Below, one piece after another: positions 36,913-45,833 of a DNA stretch of 64,000 nucleotides. The position numbers and the translations under genes are program-made. The stretch lies in assembly GCA_016186955.1 (NCBI GenBank), contig JACPKP010000003.1, positions 2,290 through 66,289 on the forward strand, in the 5' to 3' direction. Source of the DNA: Candidatus Daviesbacteria bacterium (lineage in GTDB: Bacteria; Patescibacteriota; Microgenomatia; Daviesbacterales; UBA10151). The first letter of the stretch is position 1. Every line of letters starts with the position of its first letter. The notes under the pieces are model-generated. The model made no database searches. It was given only the letters and a program-made list of their open reading frames with translations, and was not told where the DNA came from.

Positions 36913-36918
36913 GTTTTT

Positions 36919-38676
36919 ATGAAAATTTTAGGGATTAATCCCAATCTGCTTCATGACAGCGGGGCAGCTTTAGTTTTAAACGATTGTTTGGCTGCAGCTG
37001 TAAACGAAGAAAGATTTACCAGAGTAAAGCAGCAGCAAGGAGTGCCGGAAAGGTCTGTTTTTGAAGTGTTAAAGATCGCAAATCTGACCCCGGCCCAGAT
37101 TGACCGCATCCATATTGCCGGATACCCGCCTGTAAAAAAACTCTTAGCGCTCGGTAAAACTTTCTTTAGGCTTTTGCTGTTTTTGAAATTCGATCTGGTT
37201 AAAATTTCTTTTTCAAAAGACAAATTCCAGTCTGTTATTTCAAGAAGGATGGCGAAAGGGAAAGGGGAGAGTATGAATATGTTTGTTGAAGCTTTCAAAG
37301 ACATCTGGGACATGGAAAGATTGCTAAATAGGTTAAGAAAGGAAGGGTTTTCGGGAAAGATTTGTTATATCCCGCACCATCTTTGCCACCTCTACGCAGC
37401 TTATTCAGCGTCAGGCTTTTGGGATAAATGCCTGGTGGTGAATATTGAGGGTAGTTCATTTGAATACACAGCTAATGCGTATATAGGGGACAAGGGTATT
37501 TTAAAGGAGGTTGTTTCCACCCCTGACCCTAACAGCGCCGGCCATTTTTATGCAGCTTTTACCGAGCTTTTGGGTTTACGCCCAGGTTTCGACGAGGGTA
37601 AAGTTACAGGATTGTCGGCTTGGGGAAGGGTGGGGAATCTCGGAGAGGAATTTAAAAATCTTTATGAGGTTGCAGTGAAAATGCTCAAACTGGAGAATTT
37701 GAAGCTTAAAATATCGCCAGATGTGTTTTTATACCCATTCTTTTATAGTAGTACCGGCCGGTTGCCAAAATTACTGGAAGGTTTTAAAAAGGAAGAGATA
37801 GCTTGGGTTGCCCAAAAAAGGCTTGAAGATGTAATATGTCCGTTTGTTAAACAACTTTTGGACCAAACCGGCTGCAAACAAATAATACTGACGGGTGGAG
37901 TTGCTGCCAACGTCAGGCTTAACCAGCAGGTAGCGGAGTTGCCAGGGGTTAATGAGATATTTGTATATCCTGGAATGGGCGATTTTGGAAACGCCCACGG
38001 CGCAGCCATTGCCCCGAAAAAAAACGGCCGCATTAAACAGACTAAATTAAATGACCTCTATCTAGGCCCCGAATTTTCTGAAGAGGAAATGGAAAACCTG
38101 CTTTTTGCGAATAAATTAAAATTTAAGAAAATTACAAACGGCCTTGAAGATATAATAGCTATGGAACTTGCGCAGGGGAAAATAATTTGCATATTCAGGG
38201 GCAGGATGGAATACGGGCCAAGGGCATTAGGCAACCGTTCCATCATAGCAGCAACCGAGATCCGGCTCGCCGGAAAATTGAATAAAGCCCTCAACAGGGA
38301 TGAGTTTATGCCGTTTGCCCCTTTAGTGGTTTACCACCTGGGTAAAAAATGTTTTGAAAATATCAACAAAGCAGGATATTGTGCGCAGTTTATGACGATC
38401 AGTTTTAGGGCAAAAGACTATTTTAAAAAATTATGCCCTGCTGCCGTGCACATAGACAATACTTCGAGGCCGCAGCTGCTGCAGAAAAAAACAAACCCGT
38501 TTCTTTACAGAGTCCTTACGCAATACTATAAGCGTACAAAAATTCCCGGCGTTATAAATACTTCTTTTAATATGCACAATGAACCGATCGTCTGTTCACC
38601 GCAAGATGCGATAGGTACATTCCTAAAGTCAAAACTTGATATATTGGTTATGGGAAATTTCCTTGTGCGTAAATGA
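36919..38676 (+). CDS. NodU/CmcH-family carbamoyltransferase
   Basis: 'MKILGINPNLLHDSGAALV...EERFTRVK' (Carbam_trans_N) and a C-terminal domain with 'GRMEYGPRALGNRSI' (Carbam_trans_C signature). Confidence 0.75.
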   Translation: MKILGINPNLLHDSGAALVLNDCLAAAVNEERFTRVKQQQGVPERSVFEVLKIANLTPAQIDRIHIAGYPPVKKLLALGKTFFRLLLFLKFDLVKISFSKDKFQSVISRRMAKGKGESMNMFVEAFKDIWDMERLLNRLRKEGFSGKICYIPHHLCHLYAAYSASGFWDKCLVVNIEGSSFEYTANAYIGDKGILKEVVSTPDPNSAGHFYAAFTELLGLRPGFDEGKVTGLSAWGRVGNLGEEFKNLYEVAVKMLKLENLKLKISPDVFLYPFFYSSTGRLPKLLEGFKKEEIAWVAQKRLEDVICPFVKQLLDQTGCKQIILTGGVAANVRLNQQVAELPGVNEIFVYPGMGDFGNAHGAAIAPKKNGRIKQTKLNDLYLGPEFSEEEMENLLFANKLKFKKITNGLEDIIAMELAQGKIICIFRGRMEYGPRALGNRSIIAATEIRLAGKLNKALNRDEFMPFAPLVVYHLGKKCFENINKAGYCAQFMTISFRAKDYFKKLCPAAVHIDNTSRPQLLQKKTNPFLYRVLTQYYKRTKIPGVINTSFNMHNEPIVCSPQDAIGTFLKSKLDILVMGNFLVRK

Positions 38677-40484
38677 AAAAATTAAATTCTTTAAAATTAC
38701 AACTTTTAATTTTCGGGGTGCTTATTGCAGTTTTTTACGGCAACACCCTGTTTAACGACTTTGTCCATGATGATATCTGGCAGGTGGCTGAAAATAAATA
38801 TGTCAAAAACGTCTCCAACATCCCGGCAATTTTTACCAGCTGTATAGCAGAGGATATTTTGGGGGGATGCAGGAACAAGGGTTTTTATTACCGTCCGTTG
38901 CAGTCAGTGGTTTATGCAATTGTTTATCAGGTATCCTCTAAGCCTTGGTTGTTCCACCTTGCAAACCTTGTTTATCTGCTGATCATTAGCCTGCTTGTCT
39001 TCCATCTTTTCAGCCTCATTATTTCCAAGACCACCCCCGGGGTGGTCTTGGGTTTGGTTGGGACGGTTTTGTTTTTAGCCCATCCCATTAATTCAGAAGT
39101 AATAAATTGGGTATCAGCCACTCCTGAGCTTTTGACAACAATTTTTATGATGTTGGCAATCATCCTTTATGACAAATTCAGAAAAAAAAGCAAAATTTAT
39201 TATTTACTCTTTTCCGCCCTGTCCTATTTTTTGGCCCTTCTGGCTAAAGAAACAGCCCTTTTTCTGCTGCCTTTACTGCCTCTTTATGAATTTCTTTTCA
39301 GTAAACCTCAAAAAGGACAGGGTTCGTTTAAAAGGTTTTCTTTTATATCCTGGCATCTGGGGGCAGTGGGGCTTTATTTAAGCTTGCGGGAAGAGGCCTT
39401 GGGCAGGGTCATATATAAATATGCAGGTTATTATTCAATGGATACATACACACAGGTTATCAATGCGCTGACACTTTTACCTAAATACCTGTGGAAGCTT
39501 ATCTATCCATTGCCTTTGAGTTTTCAACCCCAGATTTTACCTGTTTCTTCATTTGGGTTGATGGGTTGGTTGGGAGTTTTTATTTGTGCAGCAGCGGTTT
39601 TGGCATCATTCTTTTTATGGAAGAAAAAGAAAAAAGGGATGCTTTTTGGACTGGCTCTGATATTACTGCCCCTTTTCCCGATCCTTGTCTTTATTAATAA
39701 ACTAGGCGAGAACCTGTTTTCAGAAAGATACCTGTTTTTATCAAGTATTGGATTCAGTTTAATAGCAGTGGAGATATGTAGAAGGTTGCTGTCCCATACA
39801 AGTGGACGATCGTCTCATGTTTTGTCCAAAATACCGGTAGCGGTATTGCTGGTATTCTTAGGGGTTGGTTGGTGGGTGGTTTTTAACAGGAATAAAGATT
39901 GGAAAGACAATAGTACTTCATATCAGAGTATGATCAGGGTTAACCCAAACCATACCAAGGCCCATTTCCAACTTGGAGAATATTATCTGGGCATTGGTGA
40001 ATTTAGTAAGGCGCAAGAGGAGCTCAAAAGGGTATTAAGCCTAGATCCCAACTATCCGGGAGCCCAAAAAAGGTTGGATATGAGTGTGCAAAGGTACAAT
40101 GCGAAAACCGGTTTGTCATTTTACCAGCCGGCAGGTTTTAAGGTGGTGGAAGATGAGCATGAGTTAAGTCTTTATGAGGCACAAAATAGATTAAACATTA
40201 GGATAAGTTTGGAAAAAGTAAAGGGATCAAAAGAGGAATATTTATCAGGACAAACTGAAAAATTTGGTGTTTTGAATAAAGAAGGTTTGGGGTCTGTCCC
40301 AAATTTTGATCAAACCGTTGTAAGGGTCTGGCAAGATCCCGCACCAGACGGTGCAGGACAAGTTGCCAAACTTCAATTCTTTCTTTTCAAAGGTGATCAG
40401 GTAGTAAAAATTTTAGTTTATCCGGCAGACTCACCTTTGATGGAACAGTTTAATCTGGTTTTAGGATCAATCAGAATCCACTAA
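38673..40484 (+). CDS. TMTC-like GT-C glycosyltransferase with TPRs and conserved C-terminal module (paralog F, canonical 'FVHDD' type)
   Basis: 'LLIFGVLIAVFYGNTLFNDFVHDDIWQVAENKYV', many TMs, TPRs ('AHFQLGEYYLGIGEFSKAQEELKRVLSLDPNYPGA'). C-terminal 'KLQFFLFKGDQVVKILVYPADSPLMEQF'. Partial caccccgggggtg element at ~39030-39050 ('TPGVV'). Confidence 0.65.
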   Translation: MKKLNSLKLQLLIFGVLIAVFYGNTLFNDFVHDDIWQVAENKYVKNVSNIPAIFTSCIAEDILGGCRNKGFYYRPLQSVVYAIVYQVSSKPWLFHLANLVYLLIISLLVFHLFSLIISKTTPGVVLGLVGTVLFLAHPINSEVINWVSATPELLTTIFMMLAIILYDKFRKKSKIYYLLFSALSYFLALLAKETALFLLPLLPLYEFLFSKPQKGQGSFKRFSFISWHLGAVGLYLSLREEALGRVIYKYAGYYSMDTYTQVINALTLLPKYLWKLIYPLPLSFQPQILPVSSFGLMGWLGVFICAAAVLASFFLWKKKKKGMLFGLALILLPLFPILVFINKLGENLFSERYLFLSSIGFSLIAVEICRRLLSHTSGRSSHVLSKIPVAVLLVFLGVGWWVVFNRNKDWKDNSTSYQSMIRVNPNHTKAHFQLGEYYLGIGEFSKAQEELKRVLSLDPNYPGAQKRLDMSVQRYNAKTGLSFYQPAGFKVVEDEHELSLYEAQNRLNIRISLEKVKGSKEEYLSGQTEKFGVLNKEGLGSVPNFDQTVVRVWQDPAPDGAGQVAKLQFFLFKGDQVVKILVYPADSPLMEQFNLVLGSIRIH

Positions 40485-40488
40485 ATCG

Positions 40489-42468
40489 ATGAGAAATATT
40501 ATGGCTAATCTCGGATCAATTAAGATGCAGCTTCTTATTATCAGCGTGGTAACAGTTCTTGCCTATTCCAATACTTTTCAGAATGGGTTTACAATAGATG
40601 ATCATTTATTCGTGGTGGATTGGCAGATCACTAAGGATTTAGCCAATATTCCCAAAATGTTCACCTCTGAATTTGCTCCTGGATTGGGAGAGCATAACGG
40701 AATTTATAGGCCGGTGAGAACTGTTTTTTATGCTCTCTCATATAAAATTTGGGGTATAAATCCGTTTGGATATCACCTTCAGGCTGTTTTGGTTCATTTG
40801 GCCTCAACGTTGCTAGTTTATTTTATAATCAGGGAATTATTGTTTGTTGCTCGGGGTTCTGCCGCGGCAGTTTCCCGTCGGGTGTCCTCAGTCGTTTTAC
40901 TCCCTGCGGGTACGCGCCGGGACCCCTCTGCCGCGTCACCCCTCGCAACTTATTTGCCTTTTGTCACCGCTTTGCTTTTTGCTCTCCACCCCATCCATAC
41001 TGAACCGGTCAACTATATCACCGCCAGCTTTGACATGATCGGGGAGATGTTTTTTTTTCTGGCATTTTGGCTGTATCTTAAGTCAGCAGGAAACAGTAAA
41101 GTTGCCTGGAGAAAACCTTTTTACTTTCTATCTCTTTTTTCCGCAGTTATTGCTTTTTTTACAGACGAAATTACCTTGACTCTGCCTTTTTTGCTGATTC
41201 TTTATGATCTCTGTTTCCGGAAAGAAATATTTAAAAAGCGGTATGAATCTACCCACGACCTAACGGTCGAGGTATCTTCTCTCGATCGGACTTCGTCCGA
41301 CTCTGGAAAACCCGCGACTTTACAGTCGGGGTTTTATCGAGATAAATTACTTAAAAATTACTTCCCATATTTTTTGGTGGGGATTGTTTACATATTCATT
41401 AGGGTTGGGGTATTTCATATAACTGCAAGAAGCCAGTATTTAGGGGGGAGTTTTTATCTGACCATGCTGACAATGGCAAAGGCGCTACTGCGGTATATTG
41501 AACTGTTAATCTGGCCCCTAAATTTATCCATAAACCCTCAGGTTGCCGATGGGATATATTCATGGGTTGGACCGTTAGTGAAAATGGATAAAATCCTCTC
41601 GCAAAAAATTACTGATCCGCCAATACTTTTGTCAGCATTAATAAACTTTATTTTGGTTGTGGTTGCAGTTAAAGCATATAGAAAAATTCCGCTTTTGAGC
41701 TTCAGCATAGGCTGGTTTTTTATATCACTACTTCCGGTTTCGTATTTAATTGCCCAGGGCCCGATTATGCAGGAGAGATATGTTTATATAGCTTCTTTTG
41801 GGTTTTGTCTGTTGTTAGGATGGCTTTTTTGTGTCATCCCGGACTTGATCCGGGATCCATTTTCTAAAGCTATTAAAATAGATTCCCGCTTTCGCGGGAA
41901 TGACAAAAAGGTTTTGAAATTTTTACTCGTTACTTGTTTCTTATTACTTATATCTTTCTATGGGTACAGAACTTATACCAGAAATTTTGACTGGAAAAAT
42001 GGGGAAACTGTATGGTTGAAATTAGTGGAACAGACTCCTGATGATGCATATGCCAATCTGATTGCAGGCAATGTCTTTAAATTCAGAAATGATTTGGATA
42101 CTGCCAGAAACTATTATCTGAAAACCCTTAGCCTGGCTCCTGATCTGCTAAACACAAAAGATATCTTCGGTGATTTATATGCAGTTGAGGGTACTGCCCC
42201 GTCTGAGTTTATCCGCAAGGATGGGGTTTGGGTAAAATATTTCAAACAGGGCAAAAAAATAGATTCTGGAATAATGTTTTTTTACCCTGAGCATTGGAAG
42301 GTGCAAGAGACTTTTGAGGGTTTTACTCTGCGGGGAGCTGTTTTGCAAGCACAGATAATTTATGGAAAGGAGCTGGGATTAGGGCAGGTGCAGGTTAAGA
42401 TAGATAAAAGCAGTCCGGAGGAGCTCAAACAACTGGAAGGGTTACTTAGCTCTTTGAGGGTTTTCTGA
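40489..42468 (+). CDS. TMTC-like GT-C glycosyltransferase with TPRs (paralog G) carrying GC-rich MITE and hairpin-element insertions
   Basis: 'LLIISVVTVLAYSNTFQNGFTIDDHLFVVDW'. 104-bp GC-rich element at 40846-40949 (encodes 'VARGSAAAVSRRVSSVVLLPAGTRRDPSAASPLAT'). Another GC-rich segment (41270-41340, 'TSSDSGKPATLQSGFYRD'). Hairpin MITE at 41833-41904. Diverged C-terminal module. Confidence 0.6.
   Translation: MRNIMANLGSIKMQLLIISVVTVLAYSNTFQNGFTIDDHLFVVDWQITKDLANIPKMFTSEFAPGLGEHNGIYRPVRTVFYALSYKIWGINPFGYHLQAVLVHLASTLLVYFIIRELLFVARGSAAAVSRRVSSVVLLPAGTRRDPSAASPLATYLPFVTALLFALHPIHTEPVNYITASFDMIGEMFFFLAFWLYLKSAGNSKVAWRKPFYFLSLFSAVIAFFTDEITLTLPFLLILYDLCFRKEIFKKRYESTHDLTVEVSSLDRTSSDSGKPATLQSGFYRDKLLKNYFPYFLVGIVYIFIRVGVFHITARSQYLGGSFYLTMLTMAKALLRYIELLIWPLNLSINPQVADGIYSWVGPLVKMDKILSQKITDPPILLSALINFILVVVAVKAYRKIPLLSFSIGWFFISLLPVSYLIAQGPIMQERYVYIASFGFCLLLGWLFCVIPDLIRDPFSKAIKIDSRFRGNDKKVLKFLLVTCFLLLISFYGYRTYTRNFDWKNGETVWLKLVEQTPDDAYANLIAGNVFKFRNDLDTARNYYLKTLSLAPDLLNTKDIFGDLYAVEGTAPSEFIRKDGVWVKYFKQGKKIDSGIMFFYPEHWKVQETFEGFTLRGAVLQAQIIYGKELGLGQVQVKIDKSSPEELKQLEGLLSSLRVF
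40846..40949. repeat. 104-bp GC-rich MITE with terminal inverted repeats GTTGCTCGGGG...CCCCTCGCAAC (copy 1)
   Basis: ~70% GC in a <40% GC context. Internal perfect palindrome 'ctgccgcggcag'. Three near-identical copies at equivalent positions of three paralogs. Confidence 0.8.
41833..41904. repeat. Hairpin MITE, GTCAT...ATGAC family (in-frame)
   Basis: 'gtcatcccggacttgatccgggatcc...gattcccgctttcgcgggaatgac'. Encodes 'VIPDLIRDPFSKAIKIDSRFRGNDKK'. Confidence 0.6.
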
Positions 42469-43827
42469 AATGGCTTTTTTAAATTCTGATGTTGCTTGCA
42501 GCAGTAAACCTACTGAGGTGAAATATTCACCCATCCTTTGGTGAAAAGGGGGAAACTGTGAAAAAACATATGCATAGATCCTAATCTGCGGGTATTGAAA
42601 GAGATTTTTATACCCTTTAGTCTGTATTTCAATAAATTCTTCGGTTACGGCAAAGATATTGCCATAAGGTCCGCTAATTAATCTTTTCTGTCCAAGAAAA
42701 GAATAGAAAGATGCCAAAAAAATTAAATTAGAGATGACCAGACACGAAAATATAAGTAAAAATACCATCTTTACTTTTTGGGTGAGGAATTTTAAAAACA
42801 AGACATAAAGAAGGACTATAAATGGCAACACAACCATAAAATAATGCATGGAAAACCTAGTCCGGGTTATGATGTAAAAAGGTATTAACAAAATAGTGAT
42901 TAAGACCAGAAAAAAATATTTTTTTCGTTTTTTGTAGATGAAATATGCAGAAAATATCGGGAAGAAGAAGGTGATCATCATTACTGTGTTAGTTAAATTT
43001 ACAATAGGGTAATTTAATAAAAATAACCGGTAATCTGGCCCCAATTCGTTTTTATGGTATAAACCATTTACAGCCTGGAAAGGTAAGATTATGTGACGGA
43101 GGTCGAAAGGTAAATTGGAGGCTGTTTGATTTTCCAGCAGCAGGATACAATCAGGGCAGGGTGGATCAGAAGATATCTGGCGGTAAAAAAAAGGTAGGGC
43201 AAAAATTGTACCGATTAAAAATCCCGCAGCTGCTTTTTTCCAGTTAACCCTAACTTTTTGATACAGTAAAGTTATGAGTGTGGCCATCATCAGGAATAAT
43301 CCCGTAGGGTGCAACTGAATTAAGAGGGAAAATGTTAAAAACAGTCCAAAACAAGCTTTGGTGTTTTTTTTCAGGATTACTTCATGTATAAAATAAAAAT
43401 ATGGCAGCACCAGCGGTAAAATCACATCTGTGCTCCAGATCTTTCTTGAGAAAAGTACTGCAATCGGAGATAAGGCGAGCAGCAGGGAGGACAACCGGGC
43501 AATAGATTCCGGGTAATACCTGCGGGTTATCAGATAAAAAATTGCCACAGAAAAGGTGTTTAATATAGCTATGATGAAACTAATGCTTTGTGGATGTCTT
43601 GACGGGATGGAGATGATAGCTATCAGATAGTTGTATAAAGGCGGGCTGAAAAATCCGACACTTTGCCTGGTGCCTACCTGGAATAAATAGGGGTGGTCAA
43701 AAAACTGTTGCATATCATAAACAGTTGATGCTTCATCTCCTTTAAACTCAATTAGGTCTAAAAAGAAGATCCTGAAAATGGCAGCTGCTATCAATAAAAA
43801 TATTACCCAAACTATTGTTCGCATCAT
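42442..43827 (-). CDS. PMT_2/ArnT-like (GT39/GT83-type) GT-C glycosyltransferase
   Basis: 461 aa polytopic membrane protein. The N-terminal 'FRIFFLDLIEFKGDEASTVYDMQQF...' matches the Dol-P-Man/undecaprenyl-P-sugar dependent glycosyltransferase family layout. Short C-terminal TPR-like tail. Confidence 0.55.
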   Translation of the reverse strand: MMRTIVWVIFLLIAAAIFRIFFLDLIEFKGDEASTVYDMQQFFDHPYLFQVGTRQSVGFFSPPLYNYLIAIISIPSRHPQSISFIIAILNTFSVAIFYLITRRYYPESIARLSSLLLALSPIAVLFSRKIWSTDVILPLVLPYFYFIHEVILKKNTKACFGLFLTFSLLIQLHPTGLFLMMATLITLLYQKVRVNWKKAAAGFLIGTIFALPFFYRQISSDPPCPDCILLLENQTASNLPFDLRHIILPFQAVNGLYHKNELGPDYRLFLLNYPIVNLTNTVMMITFFFPIFSAYFIYKKRKKYFFLVLITILLIPFYIITRTRFSMHYFMVVLPFIVLLYVLFLKFLTQKVKMVFLLIFSCLVISNLIFLASFYSFLGQKRLISGPYGNIFAVTEEFIEIQTKGYKNLFQYPQIRIYAYVFSQFPPFHQRMGEYFTSVGLLLQATSEFKKAISENPQRAK

Positions 43828-43851
43828 GGTAAAATTTATGTTTTAATTCTG

Positions 43852-45822
43852 ATGCAGCATTGTTATGCTGGTCATAGATTAATGGTAACCTGTTTCAAGA
43901 ACACTAAATTGCAACTTCTCATAGTCTGTGTTTTAACCCTTCTTGCTTACTCTAACATCTTCGCAAATGAATTTGCCACAGATGACATTGGATATTTTTA
44001 TAACTGGGATATCCCCAGGCATATAGAAAATATCGCAAAGATTTTTACTACAGATTCTGTACCCAAAGATGAGCAGGGGGTTTACAGGCCGGGGAAGGCT
44101 CTTCTGATAATGCTCTCTTACAAGCTTTGGGGGTTAAACTTAACAGGATACCACCTTTTCTCACTTTTTGTACACCTTGGCTCCACAGTTTTAGTCTATT
44201 TTATAACCAGGAAAATAGTATCAAGTATGGAGTATGAAGTATTAAGGATTAAAAAGTTGAATACAAAATACTCAATACTAAATACTGTATACTCTATACC
44301 TTTCATCACTGCTCTGCTTTTTGGCTTGCATCCAATCCATACAGAAGCCATAACTTTTATATTGGCAAGTTATGACAGCGCAGGCCTGCTTTTTTATCTG
44401 CTGGCATTTTGGCTTTACTTATTGGTTCTCAAGGACACCCCGGGGGTGGAAAAAATGCAGTTACACCCCCGGGGTGAGTATGCATGGTTATATTTCGCTT
44501 CCATATTAAGCGCCGCCGCAGCATTTTTGACCTATGAGATGACTTTTACCTTACCGTTGGTGATTATGTTGTACCATTTTTGTTTCAGAAAGAAGTTGGC
44601 AGCCAGGATTATCCCGTATTGGTTAATCCTGGCAGGTGTAATCTTATTGCGGGTGTTCATGCTGCATATCCCCTCCCGGGGGGAATATTTAGGCGGGGAT
44701 TTTTACCTGACCATGCTGCTTATGACAAAGGTTTTTATACAGTATATACAGCTTCTTATTTTGCCTTTAAATTTGAGCCTGGACCATCAGGTTGCTCCGG
44801 GGATTTACTCTGTTGTCTATCCGGCTTATGTAAATTTAGAGACACTCCGTGCACAGTCAATTTTTGAACCGGCTATTTTGGCAAACGCAGGTATTATTAC
44901 CGGGGTTTTTGTATTTGTCCTGAAATGGTATAAAAAATTACCTTTGGCAGCTTTTGCAATAGGCTGGTTTTTTATAACACTTTTGCCTGTTTCAAATATC
45001 ATCCCCCAGGGCCAGATTATGGCAGAAAGGTATCTTTATCTGCCGTCATTCGGTTTCTGCCTGATAGCAGGATATTCCATTAGTAAAATTTTCAATTCGA
45101 AATTTTCAATTTTCAATAAATTTTCAATGTTTAAATTTTTAAAACATTTAAATTTCAATTCAAATTTTAAATCATACACCCGTCCTCTGGACGTAAAAAC
45201 TAAAAATTATGTTTTTTTTACTCTTTTCTTTTTACTCTTTTCTTTTTACTTCTACCAGACTTACCAGCGCAACAAAGACTGGAAGGATACCCCAACTGTT
45301 TGGCAAACACTTGTCCGGCAAAACCCCGCCCATCCGGTTGCCAACCTCACTTTGGCCAGGATTTATAAAGAAAAAGGACAAAATACCCAAGCTGCTTTTT
45401 ATTTTAATAAAGCGCTTGATCTGGACCCTAATTTAAAAGATGCAAGACTATCCTCTAATTTTTATCAGAATAAAAATCTCTCATTTTTTTATCCCAAAGG
45501 CTGGAATATAAAAGAAGAAGCAGGGATAAAAGTATCTAAAAAGAATTTTGAGATTCAAATTGAATCAGAGATGTTGGGGGATAATTCTATTGAAGACTAT
45601 CTTTTAAAACAAAAAGAATCATTGGGTGTTTTGAAAAGCCAGGGATTAGTTAAACTTCCGCATTTTACAACAGCTTATCTTAGGCTATACACCTTGCCTT
45701 TTAAAGCTGATATATATCAGTTCTTCCTTTTTAAAGCAGGGAATGTTATCAAAGTAACTGCCAACCCTGTGGATATTGAAGAAAAAAGTAGTTTGGATTC
45801 TATATTAGAATCAATGGATTAG
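43852..45822 (+). CDS. TMTC-like GT-C glycosyltransferase with TPRs and conserved C-terminal module (paralog I)
   Basis: 'LQLLIVCVLTLLAYSNIFANEFATDDIGYFYNW'. AT-rich inverted-repeat insert at the hotspot loop (44215-44300). Palindromic element at 44436-44476 ('TPGVEKMQLHPRG'). Heptamer array at 45085-45175. C-terminal 'IYQFFLFKAGNVIKVTANP'. The true start may be the internal Met at ~43882. Confidence 0.6.
   Translation: MQHCYAGHRLMVTCFKNTKLQLLIVCVLTLLAYSNIFANEFATDDIGYFYNWDIPRHIENIAKIFTTDSVPKDEQGVYRPGKALLIMLSYKLWGLNLTGYHLFSLFVHLGSTVLVYFITRKIVSSMEYEVLRIKKLNTKYSILNTVYSIPFITALLFGLHPIHTEAITFILASYDSAGLLFYLLAFWLYLLVLKDTPGVEKMQLHPRGEYAWLYFASILSAAAAFLTYEMTFTLPLVIMLYHFCFRKKLAARIIPYWLILAGVILLRVFMLHIPSRGEYLGGDFYLTMLLMTKVFIQYIQLLILPLNLSLDHQVAPGIYSVVYPAYVNLETLRAQSIFEPAILANAGIITGVFVFVLKWYKKLPLAAFAIGWFFITLLPVSNIIPQGQIMAERYLYLPSFGFCLIAGYSISKIFNSKFSIFNKFSMFKFLKHLNFNSNFKSYTRPLDVKTKNYVFFTLFFLLFSFYFYQTYQRNKDWKDTPTVWQTLVRQNPAHPVANLTLARIYKEKGQNTQAAFYFNKALDLDPNLKDARLSSNFYQNKNLSFFYPKGWNIKEEAGIKVSKKNFEIQIESEMLGDNSIEDYLLKQKESLGVLKSQGLVKLPHFTTAYLRLYTLPFKADIYQFFLFKAGNVIKVTANPVDIEEKSSLDSILESMD
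44436..44476. repeat. GC-rich palindromic mini-element (caccccgggggtg-N15-cacccccggggtg), in-frame
   Basis: Same family as 28794-28834 and 53125-53165. Confidence 0.65.
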
Positions 45823-45833
45823 GGGATATTTAT

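Noticed and set aside
40844-41038. High-GC ORFs created by the 104-bp MITE copies (40749-41003, 40844-41038, 46180-46419, 46154-46351 minus, 52874-53074, 52848-53042 minus, 52797-53216)
   Set aside because: The same element sits in-frame in the long TMTC-like ORFs. The alternative-frame ORFs are by-products of the GC-rich insertion.
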